Both the position numbers and the translations under genes were made by a program. From the NCBI GenBank assembly GCA_035719045.1, contig DASTGO010000131.1:1-15026 (forward strand): a DNA stretch of 15,026 nucleotides, written 5' to 3'. How positions within the stretch are numbered: the first letter of the stretch is position 1; every line of letters begins with the position of its first letter. Of this stretch, positions 6,215 to 13,358 are shown piece by piece. The notes below the pieces were generated by a model. The model searched no databases, was not told the DNA's origin, and saw only the letters and a list, made by a program, of their open reading frames with translations. This stretch comes from Kineosporiaceae bacterium. Its GTDB lineage: Bacteria > Actinomycetota > Actinomycetes > Actinomycetales > Kineosporiaceae.

Positions 6215-8248
6215 GTGTCATCCTCCCTCCCCACGATTCTCGGCGCCGCCGTCGCCGTGATCGTGATCCTCCTGTTCCTGCAGTCCTTCCGGTTCATCGG
6301 AGCGACCGAGGTCGGCCTGGTGAACAAGCGGATCGGTCGCCGGCTCGCCGCCGATCAGCCTCTGGCCTTCCACGGTGAGGCCGGCTACCAGGCCCGTCTG
6401 CTGATGCCGGGCGTCCGGTTCAAGCTCTGGCCGGTCTACGCCGTCAGCAAGCACCCGTGGGTGCAGATCCCGGCCGGGGAGATCGGCGTGGTCGTCGCCC
6501 AGGTCGGCGCGCCGCTGCCGATCGGCGCCAAGACCGCCGAGTACCGAGCCGCCTTCGAGAACTTCACCGACCTCGACAAGTTCCTGCTCGAGGGCGGCCA
6601 GAAGGGCATCCAGCGGCCGGTGCTGCCCCCGGGCACACTGCTGCCGCTGCACCCGATCGCGTTCCTCATCATCACCGCGGGCCGGGTCTACGGGATCCCG
6701 GTCTCCTCGAACCTGGACCGCCGCCGTGGGCTCTCCGCGGAGTCGTTCGGACTGACCCCGGAGCACCTCAAGGTCACCGTCGTGGCCCCGCAGCAGTGGC
6801 AGGACGTCGTCGGCATCGTCACCGCCCTGGAGGGCCCTGCGCCCGCAGCCGGGGACATCGCCAGCCGGATCGGCGGGTACACCGACATCGGCGAACTCGA
6901 GGAGTCCGACGCCCCCGACCAGGAGAAGATCGAAGCGCTGCTGTCCAGCAAGAACGGCCTGCACAACAACTACCAGGACTACCAGGCGTTCCTCGACCAC
7001 GGCGGGCGGATCGGGCTGCAGCACGACCCGTTGCTGTACGGGTCGTACCTGCTCAACCCGTTCCTGGTCCGGGTGGAGTTCGTGCCGATGCTGGTGGTCC
7101 GGCAGGGCGAGGTCGCGGTGGTGAAGTCCTACGTCGGGCTGCCCACGGTCGACACCTCGGGCCTGGAGTTCAAGTTCGGGTCGATCGTCCGGCCCGGCCA
7201 CCGCGGGATCTGGAACGAGCCGCTGCGGACCGGCAAGTACGCGATCAACCCCCGGCTGTACGCCGCGGAGATCGTGCCGACGTCGATCCTCACCCTCAAC
7301 TGGGCCAACCAGACCTCGCAGGCGCACAACCTCGACGCCTCGCTCACCGCGATCGACGGCAAGTCCCGCGAGGGATTCGTCTTCGGGATCGACCTCCAGG
7401 TGCAGATCCACGTCCCGGACTCCCGGGCGCCGAAGGTCATCTCGATGGTCGGCACCATGCAGAACCTGGTGAACGAGGTGCTGCAGTCCGCGGTCGGCAA
7501 CTACTTCCGCAATGTCCTGCAGCAACTGCCGGCCGTCCAGTTCATCGAGACCCGTGACGCCGTGCAGGTCCACGCGCAGGAGTACATCACCGGGTACCTC
7601 AGCAAGTACGAGGTCGAGACCCGTGGTGTGTACATCCAGGACGTCGTGTTCCCGCCCGAGTTGGTCGCGGTCCTCACCGAACGGGAGATCGCCAACCAGG
7701 AGCGGGCCACCTTCGAGCAGCAGCAGCGCGCGCAGGCGGTCCGGGTCGACCTGGAGAAGGCCCGCGGCACCGCGGACATGCAGGCCCAGCTGGCCAAGGC
7801 GAACGTCAACATCGACATCCAGAAGGCGGCCGCGGCGGCGCGCACCGCGGAGGCCGAGGGTGAGGCGGCATTCACCCGGATGACCGGTCAGGCCGAGGCG
7901 GACAAGCGGCAGGCCATCGGTCTGGCCGAGGCGAAGGCCGTCGAGGCGCTCGGGGTCGCGAAGGCCACCGGGTACCAGGCCCAGGTCGCGGCGCTCGGCC
8001 GGGAGGCCACCGCAGCGGTCGCCGTTACCGGGGCCGTCGCCGACGGGCACGTGAAGATCGTGCCGGAGGTGCTGGTCTCCGGGGCGGACGGCAACGGCGC
8101 CCTCACCGGGCTGGCCGCGACCCTCACCGGGAGCCTGCGTGACTGGGTGCCCGGCGGGAACGGAGGCAGGGGGAACGGCGGGTCGGGTTCCGGCGACGGC
8201 AAGCCTGCGGCCGCCATGCCCGGGCCGGCCGAAGCCGCGGAGAACTGA
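6215..8248 (+). CDS. Flotillin-family / SPFH (band 7) domain membrane protein, YqiK/FloT-like: N-terminal transmembrane helix, SPFH domain, and long Ala/Glu/Gln-rich coiled-coil flotillin tail
   Basis: GTG at 6215-6217 is in frame with the track ORF 5891..8248 and is preceded by AAGGAG at 6203-6208. The N-terminus is MSSSLPTILGAAVAVIVILLFLQSF (transmembrane) followed by ATEVGLVNKRIG (SPFH start). The C-terminal region contains AEAEGEAAFTRMTGQAEADKRQAIGLAEAKAVEALGVAKA repeats typical of flotillins. It ends in a Gly/Asn-rich tail. Confidence 0.8.
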   Translation: MSSSLPTILGAAVAVIVILLFLQSFRFIGATEVGLVNKRIGRRLAADQPLAFHGEAGYQARLLMPGVRFKLWPVYAVSKHPWVQIPAGEIGVVVAQVGAPLPIGAKTAEYRAAFENFTDLDKFLLEGGQKGIQRPVLPPGTLLPLHPIAFLIITAGRVYGIPVSSNLDRRRGLSAESFGLTPEHLKVTVVAPQQWQDVVGIVTALEGPAPAAGDIASRIGGYTDIGELEESDAPDQEKIEALLSSKNGLHNNYQDYQAFLDHGGRIGLQHDPLLYGSYLLNPFLVRVEFVPMLVVRQGEVAVVKSYVGLPTVDTSGLEFKFGSIVRPGHRGIWNEPLRTGKYAINPRLYAAEIVPTSILTLNWANQTSQAHNLDASLTAIDGKSREGFVFGIDLQVQIHVPDSRAPKVISMVGTMQNLVNEVLQSAVGNYFRNVLQQLPAVQFIETRDAVQVHAQEYITGYLSKYEVETRGVYIQDVVFPPELVAVLTEREIANQERATFEQQQRAQAVRVDLEKARGTADMQAQLAKANVNIDIQKAAAAARTAEAEGEAAFTRMTGQAEADKRQAIGLAEAKAVEALGVAKATGYQAQVAALGREATAAVAVTGAVADGHVKIVPEVLVSGADGNGALTGLAATLTGSLRDWVPGGNGGRGNGGSGSGDGKPAAAMPGPAEAAEN

Positions 8249-8303
8249 CCCCACCCCGCGCGTGCGTCCCCGACCGACCGCCGGGGACGGGCACGGGACG
8301 GAA

Positions 8304-8337
8304 CAGGGCCCGCATCCGGATCCGGATGCGGGCCCTG
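8304..8337. terminator. Perfect 34-bp palindrome CAGGGCCCGCATCCGGA|TCCGGATGCGGGCCCTG, i.e. a 17-bp stem. Bidirectional intrinsic terminator between the convergent flotillin (+) and MerR (-) genes.
   Basis: Read directly. The two halves are exact reverse complements. It is centred in the 150-bp convergent intergenic region. Confidence 0.6.
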
Positions 8338-8397
8338 CCGCGTCGTCACCCGTCGCCGTCATGACCCGTCCCCGCCGGGGTCGTCACCCGGCCGTCG

Positions 8398-9243
8398 TCA
8401 CCCGGCCGTCGTCATCGTCGGGGCCGGGCCGTCCGCGTCGCGCTCCGCCAGCGGCCAGGCGACCTCGGTCCGCAGGCCTTCGGGTCCGCCACGGTCGGGG
8501 CCGACGAGGTAGGTCTCCCGGATCCCCTCACCGAGGACACGGCCGTGCTCACCGGCCCAGCCGGCAAGCGCCTGGTAGGCGTCCCCGAGCCGGTCGTACG
8601 CACCGGCGTGCACCGTGGCGATCACCTCCACCGCCGGCAGGGTGCGTACGGCGATCCCGGCACCGACGCGCACCCAGCCCGTCACGGGGACCGCGACCTC
8701 CACGTCGAGGGCATCGGGGTCGAAGTCCGGGCCGTGGTAGATCGCCAGCGAGGGCCCCGCCCGCCGGCCGCCGTGCTCGTGCAGGTGCCACTCCACCCGG
8801 CCCCACGCCGCACCGAAGGCCGACGGCAACTCCGCCAGCGCGGTGACCACCCGGCAGCTGACCACGAGCTGTTCCGGCAGGCTGCGCGGCTCCACCGGCG
8901 CCGGGGCGAGCGGCCGCGGCTGCGCCAGCAGGTCGTCCAGCTCCCCCAGGACGGCCCGCTGCCGGTCCAGTTCGGCCGCGAGCCGGTCCCGATGGGCGGC
9001 CAGCCGGTCGTGGGTGCTCTGCGGGTCGCGGTCGCCGAGGACGGCCCGGACCTCCTCCAGCGGCAGGTCGAGGTCACGCAGCAGCCGGATCAGCCGGGCC
9101 TCCGCCACCTGGGCCGGGCTGTAGTACCGGCGGCCGTTCGCCGCGTCGACCAGGGCGGGGACCAGCAGCGCATCGCAGTCGTAGCGGCGCAGGGTGCGCA
9201 CCGACAGCCGGGAGGCCTGGGAGAACCGGCCGATGGACAACAT
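8398..9243 (-). CDS. MerR-family transcriptional regulator with a C-terminal GyrI-like (AraC_E_bind-type) effector-binding domain (BmrR/Mta-like architecture)
   Basis: ATG at 9241-9243 (MLSIGRFSQASRLSVRTLRRYDCDALLVPALVDAANGRRYYSPAQVAEARLIRLLRDLDLPLEEV) is a canonical MerR HTH plus dimerisation helix. It is preceded by GGAGGGG. The C-terminal half has a GyrI-like fold signature (WGRVEWHLHEHG...AIYHGPDFDPDALDVEVAVPV). The 65 additional N-terminal codons in the track ORF overlap the neighbouring gene and were rejected. Confidence 0.85.
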   Translation of the reverse strand: MLSIGRFSQASRLSVRTLRRYDCDALLVPALVDAANGRRYYSPAQVAEARLIRLLRDLDLPLEEVRAVLGDRDPQSTHDRLAAHRDRLAAELDRQRAVLGELDDLLAQPRPLAPAPVEPRSLPEQLVVSCRVVTALAELPSAFGAAWGRVEWHLHEHGGRRAGPSLAIYHGPDFDPDALDVEVAVPVTGWVRVGAGIAVRTLPAVEVIATVHAGAYDRLGDAYQALAGWAGEHGRVLGEGIRETYLVGPDRGGPEGLRTEVAWPLAERDADGPAPTMTTAG

Positions 9244-9297
9244 CCCCTCCACCCGCACGAACCTACCCCCGACGGCCACCCGGACCTGGCCGTTGAT

Positions 9298-9314
9298 CCT
9301 CTCCCCAGGAGAGG
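9298..9314. promoter_or_regulatory. Candidate MerR operator: dyad CCTCTCC-CCA-GGAGAGG in the 97-bp divergent intergenic region between the MerR gene and the GyrI-like gene. A TTGATC -35-like hexamer lies at 9293-9298, abutting the dyad.
   Basis: Read directly. MerR regulators typically bind a dyad located between the -35 and -10 elements of a divergent target promoter. No convincing -10 hexamer was identified. Confidence 0.35.
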
Positions 9315-9340
9315 TCGCAGCCTGGGGGCAAGGAGGACCG

Positions 9341-10105
9341 ATGACCATCCCGACGAAGACGCCCCCGACCACGAAGACCACGCAGGCGAAGACCCCGACC
9401 ACGAAGACCGGACCGGCGAGGACCCGGACCGCGGACACCCCGGCCCGGACCGACCACCGCAGGACCTACCCGCAGCTGTACACCGCGAGCCGGACCCCGG
9501 CCCTGGTGGACGTCCCGCCCCTGCCGTTCCTCATGATCGACGGCCGCGGCGACCCGAACACCGCGCCGGAGTACGCCGCGGCGGTGCAGGCGCTCTACGC
9601 CGTGGCCTACGGGGTCAAGTTCGCCCTCCGGCGGGCGGACGGCACCGACGTCGCCGTGATGCCCCTGCAGGGGCTGTGGTCGGCGCCGGACATGTCCGAC
9701 TTCACCACCGGGAACAAGGACGCCTGGGACTGGACGATGATGATCATGCAACCGGAGGCCGTGACCGCGGAACTCGTCGCGCAGGCCAGGTCCGCGGCCG
9801 CGGGCAAGGCCCCGGAGTCCGCCTTGGCCCGGCTCCGGCTCGACGTGTTCCCGGAGGGTCCCTCGGCGCAGGTGCTGCACCTCGGGCCGTACGCCGACGA
9901 GGCGCCGACGATCGAGGCCCTGCACACGTTCATCAAGGCCCGGGGCCTGCGGCGGCGTGGGCGCCACCACGAGATCTACCTGGGAGATCCCCGCCGGACC
10001 GCCCCGCAGCGGCTGCGGACGATCATCCGGCAGCCGGTCGCCCAGCGATCCCCGGCCGCAGGAGCCCATGTCGGGAGCGCCGGTGGCGCGCAGGTGCCCG
10101 GGTGA
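9341..10105 (+). CDS. Stand-alone GyrI-like small-molecule-binding domain protein (PF06445-like) with a roughly 45-aa Thr/Pro/Lys-rich low-complexity N-terminal tail
   Basis: ATG at 9341 is preceded by AAGGAGGA at 9330-9337. The domain signature is PLPFLMIDGRGDP...YAVAYGVKFALRR...MPLQGLWSAPD...WDWTMMIMQPE...LDVFPEGPSAQVLHLGPYADEAPTIEALHTFIKARGL...HHEIYLGDPRRTAPQRLRTIIRQPV. The N-terminal tail codons are strongly GC3-biased, supporting translation. An alternative internal start (MIDGRG) has no Shine-Dalgarno. Confidence 0.75.
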   Translation: MTIPTKTPPTTKTTQAKTPTTKTGPARTRTADTPARTDHRRTYPQLYTASRTPALVDVPPLPFLMIDGRGDPNTAPEYAAAVQALYAVAYGVKFALRRADGTDVAVMPLQGLWSAPDMSDFTTGNKDAWDWTMMIMQPEAVTAELVAQARSAAAGKAPESALARLRLDVFPEGPSAQVLHLGPYADEAPTIEALHTFIKARGLRRRGRHHEIYLGDPRRTAPQRLRTIIRQPVAQRSPAAGAHVGSAGGAQVPG

Positions 10106-10224
10106 GGTCCCGGCAGGCTTCCCCCCGTCGGGGTCGCCCGGACAGCGGTCCCGCCGGGTCAAGGATCCCCATGTAGCGGCCGATGCTCCCAGCGGGTCCT
10201 GATCGGGATCGGGAGGTGGCGACG

Positions 10225-10635
10225 GTGCTGATCCCCTGGGGGCCGACCCTGCGGCTCGGGTTCGGAGACATCGACATCCAGCACCGCCGACTGGTCGACC
10301 TGGTCAACACGCTCGACGACGCGATGCGGGCCGGGCGCGGCCAGGCGATCGTCGGTCCGGTGCTCGACGAGCTGATCCACTACACCGTCCATCACTTCGG
10401 CTTCGAGGAGCAGTTGATGGACACCTACCAGATCAGCTCCGCGGAGAGCCACAAGGCCGAGCACCACAAGCTCGTCGCCGAGGTGTCGGAGTTCCGGACC
10501 AAGCTGCACACCGGGGACCTCGCGCTGGCGGACCTGATGGCTCTGCTGCGGGTGTGGTTGACCGACCACATCCTCAAGACCGACCGGGCCCTGGTCACCG
10601 AACTGCATGCCAAGGGGGCGACCTCGGCCGTCTGA
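10225..10635 (+). CDS. Bacteriohemerythrin (hemerythrin-like di-iron O2/NO-binding protein)
   Basis: GTG at 10225 (VLIPWGPTLRLGFGDIDIQHRRLVDLVNTLDDA...) is preceded by GGGAGGTGG at 10211-10219. All hemerythrin ligand motifs are present: IDxQH, HF.FEE.LM, HK.EH, WL.DHI..D. The track ORF starts 14 codons earlier at an ATG with no Shine-Dalgarno. Confidence 0.8.
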   Translation: MLIPWGPTLRLGFGDIDIQHRRLVDLVNTLDDAMRAGRGQAIVGPVLDELIHYTVHHFGFEEQLMDTYQISSAESHKAEHHKLVAEVSEFRTKLHTGDLALADLMALLRVWLTDHILKTDRALVTELHAKGATSAV

Positions 10636-10677
10636 CCCGGCCGGCGGACGGCCGAGGCCAGCCCCGGACGATCCCGC

Positions 10678-12000
10678 TCAGCCGATCAGGCGCCCGTGCC
10701 AGGCGATGGCACCGGCGTCGGTGAGGGAGGCGACCTGGTCGATCACCGCCCGGGCCCGGCCGTCGTCGTCGGGCGCCTCCTTCCAGGCTGCGGCGAACCA
10801 CGGCTCGAGGGCATCCGGCGCGGCCAGGGTGAGGTGCTCGACGAGGTCGGTGAGGATCTCCCGCTGCCGCCGGTAGAGCGGCTGCCGGTCGGAGGTGGTC
10901 ATCACGTACACCGCGGCCACCCCCTTGAGCACCGCGATCTCGACCAGGGTGCCCCGCGGGACCACGACGTCCGCGGCGTACCGGGTCAGCCGGCCGGTGC
11001 CGAACCGCTCCCGGGTCGCCTCCTCGACCGCCCGGGTGAACCGGCCGATGAGCTGACTGGTCAGGTCCTTCAGCGCGGCCAGGGCACGGTGCCCGGCGTC
11101 GTACTCTCCGACCCAGGCCGGCATCGCGCGCAGCCGGGCGAGCGCGTCGACCACCTCGTCGTCGGCGACGTCGTCGAGGTACCAGGAGCGGACCTGGGCC
11201 CCCACCCGGGCCACGGCCTGCGGATCGGTCAGCACCCGGGGGTCCAGGTGCCCGGCCACGATGGCGTCCTCCACGTCGTGGACGCTGTAGGCCACGTCGT
11301 CGGAGAGGTCCATGACCTGCGCCTCGACGCAGCGCCGGGCGTCCGGGGCGCCGTCGCGCAGCCAGGCGAAGACGTCGAGGTCGTCGGCGTAGGCGCCGAA
11401 CTTCGACCGGGGCTTGCCGGCCGGGCCCTGACCGCGCGCCCACGGGTACTTGGTCGCGGCGTCCAGGCTGGCCCGGGTCAGGTTGAGCCCCGCCGGGCGG
11501 CCGGTCACCGGATCCACCACCTTCGGCTCCAGCCGGGTCAGCACGCGCAGCGTCTGCGCATTGCCCTCGAACCCGCCCCACGGCGCCGCGACGGCGTCCA
11601 GTGCCTCCTCACCGTTGTGGCCGAACGGCGGGTGGCCGAGGTCATGGGCGAGGCAGGCGGTGTCGACCACGTCCGGATCGCAGCCCAGGGCGGCCCCGAG
11701 TTCCCGGCCGACCTGGGCGACCTCGAGGCTGTGGGTGAGCCGGTTGCGGACGAAGTCGTCCGTGCCCGGGCCGACCACCTGCGTCTTCGCGGCCAGCCGG
11801 CGCAGGCTCCAGGAGTGCACCACCCGGGCGCGGTCCCGGGCGAACTGGCCGCGGCGGGGGTCCTTCGGCGGCTCGGCCAACCAGCGCATCCGGTCGTGTT
11901 CGGAGTAGCCCTGCCCGGTGTCGTGGCGCGCGGTGTCGTGGCGCGCGGAGCCGGGACCGAGGCCGTCGGCGATCGGGGCGGGTTCGGCCTGGTGGGGCAT
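10678..12000 (-). CDS. dgt: dGTP triphosphohydrolase-like HD-domain protein (Dgt)
   Basis: 440 aa. Conserved motifs: HD-domain metal ligands in RLTHSLEVAQVGRELG ... LAHDLGHPPFGH, and the dNTP-triphosphohydrolase motif FGAYADD. ATG at 11998-12000 lies 1 nt after the dus stop, with AGGAGG inside the dus 3' end (translational coupling). The N-terminus carries the duplicated peptide ARHDTARHDT. Confidence 0.9.
   Translation of the reverse strand: MPHQAEPAPIADGLGPGSARHDTARHDTGQGYSEHDRMRWLAEPPKDPRRGQFARDRARVVHSWSLRRLAAKTQVVGPGTDDFVRNRLTHSLEVAQVGRELGAALGCDPDVVDTACLAHDLGHPPFGHNGEEALDAVAAPWGGFEGNAQTLRVLTRLEPKVVDPVTGRPAGLNLTRASLDAATKYPWARGQGPAGKPRSKFGAYADDLDVFAWLRDGAPDARRCVEAQVMDLSDDVAYSVHDVEDAIVAGHLDPRVLTDPQAVARVGAQVRSWYLDDVADDEVVDALARLRAMPAWVGEYDAGHRALAALKDLTSQLIGRFTRAVEEATRERFGTGRLTRYAADVVVPRGTLVEIAVLKGVAAVYVMTTSDRQPLYRRQREILTDLVEHLTLAAPDALEPWFAAAWKEAPDDDGRARAVIDQVASLTDAGAIAWHGRLIG
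11916..11945. repeat. Perfect 15-bp tandem duplication (CGGTGTCGTGGCGCG x2), in frame within the 5' end of dgt; it encodes ARHDT-ARHDT
   Basis: Read directly. Confidence 0.8.
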
Positions 12001-12001
12001 G

Positions 12002-13234
12002 TCAGCCTCCTGACACCGACAGTTCGGCCTGCAGCACCTCGGTAGCGTCCCCGGAGGTGAGTTCCCGGCGGTCCAGCCAGCCCTCGGGCAGGCTCACCCG
12101 GCGCGGGCTGCCGGTGCGCCCGCGCGGACCCTCCGCGGCCTCCCCCGGGTACGGCTGCCCGCCGTCGAGCCGGGCGACGATGCGCTCGAACTCCTCGACC
12201 GAGCCGACGTGGGCCAACTCCAGCCGGATCTCGTGCCCGACGCTGTACCCCTTGAGGTACCAGGCGATGTGCTTGCGGATGTCCCGGCAGGCACGCGACT
12301 GTGCATGCCGCAGCCATTCCCCGGGAGTGGCACCCACCGGTCCACGACCGCCCGCCGTCGCGTAGTGCTCGATCAGCAGGTCCAGGTGCCGGCGCATCGT
12401 GGCGATCACGGTGCCCAACGGCGGACCGGTCCGCCCGGGGTCGCCGTGGAACGCTGCCGCCAGGTCGGCGAACAGCCACGGCCGGCCCAGGCAGCCCCGG
12501 CCGACCACCACCCCGTCGCAGCCGGTTTCGGCGACCATCCGCAACGCGTCGTCGGCGGACCAGATGTCCCCGTTGCCCAGCACCGGGATCTCGCTGACCG
12601 CCTCCTTGAGCCGGGCGATCGCCTGCCAGTCCGCCGTCCCCGAGTAGTAGTCGGCGGCGGTCCGCCCGTGCAGGGCCACCGCGGCGGCACCCTCGGCGGC
12701 CGCCCGGCGCCCGGCGTCCAGGTAGGTCACGTGATCGGCGTCCACGCCCATCCGCATCTTCACCGTCACCGGCACCCCGGCCGGACCGGCCGCCCGCACC
12801 GCCCTGGCGACGATCTCCCCGAACAGGTCGAGCTTCCAGGGCAGGGCCGCCCCGCCGCCCTTGCGGGTGACCTTGGGCACCGGGCATCCGAAGTTGAGGT
12901 CGATGTGGTCGGCCCGGTCCTCCTCGACGAGCATCCGGACGGCGGCCCCGACCGTCCCCGGGTCCACACCGTAGAGCTGGACGCTGCGCGGGCTCTCCCC
13001 CGGATCGTGCGCGATCAGCCGCAGCGACTCGTCATTGCGTTCCAGCAGCGCCCGCGAGGTCACCATCTCGCTGACGAACACGGCGGGCCGGTCCGCCGTC
13101 CGCCCCGTCGCCCGGACCAGCCCGGACTCCGCCTGCTCGCGGCACAGCCTCCGGAAGGCCTGATTGGTGATGCCGGCCATCGGGGCCAGCACGACGGGCG
13201 TGGCCAGTTCGAAGGGGCCGATCCGCAGGGTCAC
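12002..13234 (-). CDS. tRNA-dihydrouridine synthase (Dus family, FMN-dependent TIM barrel)
   Basis: 410 aa. Conserved motifs: VVLAPMAGITNQAFRRLCRE, HIDLNFGCPVPKV (catalytic Cys) and VPVTVKMRMG. GTG start at 13232-13234. Confidence 0.9.
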   Translation of the reverse strand: MTLRIGPFELATPVVLAPMAGITNQAFRRLCREQAESGLVRATGRTADRPAVFVSEMVTSRALLERNDESLRLIAHDPGESPRSVQLYGVDPGTVGAAVRMLVEEDRADHIDLNFGCPVPKVTRKGGGAALPWKLDLFGEIVARAVRAAGPAGVPVTVKMRMGVDADHVTYLDAGRRAAAEGAAAVALHGRTAADYYSGTADWQAIARLKEAVSEIPVLGNGDIWSADDALRMVAETGCDGVVVGRGCLGRPWLFADLAAAFHGDPGRTGPPLGTVIATMRRHLDLLIEHYATAGGRGPVGATPGEWLRHAQSRACRDIRKHIAWYLKGYSVGHEIRLELAHVGSVEEFERIVARLDGGQPYPGEAAEGPRGRTGSPRRVSLPEGWLDRRELTSGDATEVLQAELSVSGG

Positions 13235-13358
13235 GGCGCCAGTCTCTCAAGTCCGGGCGGCAGACCCCGCCGAACCGCCGGTGCCCGCCCGGGGTCGCCG
13301 CCGGTCAACCCGGCAGCCGCCCGAGCGGACATCCGGGGCGGGATCCGCGGTCGCGACC

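Noticed and set aside
6218-8362. 714-aa minus-strand ORF
   Set aside because: It is antisense to the flotillin gene. It has low-complexity Arg/Gly/Asp/Leu composition and no recognisable domain.
8398-9438. Extended starts in the track: the longer MerR ORF (to 9438), the oxidoreductase starting at 6114, the flotillin starting at 5891 and the hemerythrin starting at 10183
   Set aside because: In each case the extra N-terminal codons are low-complexity, overlap the neighbouring divergent gene or promoter, and lack a Shine-Dalgarno. Internal ATG/GTG starts sit right before the conserved domain and have GGAGG-type ribosome-binding sites.
8545-10176. 543-aa plus-strand ORF, 299-aa minus ORF 9263..10162 and others overlapping the MerR/GyrI-like region
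   Set aside because: These are out-of-frame or antisense to the MerR and GyrI-like genes, which have clear domain signatures and Shine-Dalgarno-supported starts. Their translations are Arg/Gly/Pro-rich.
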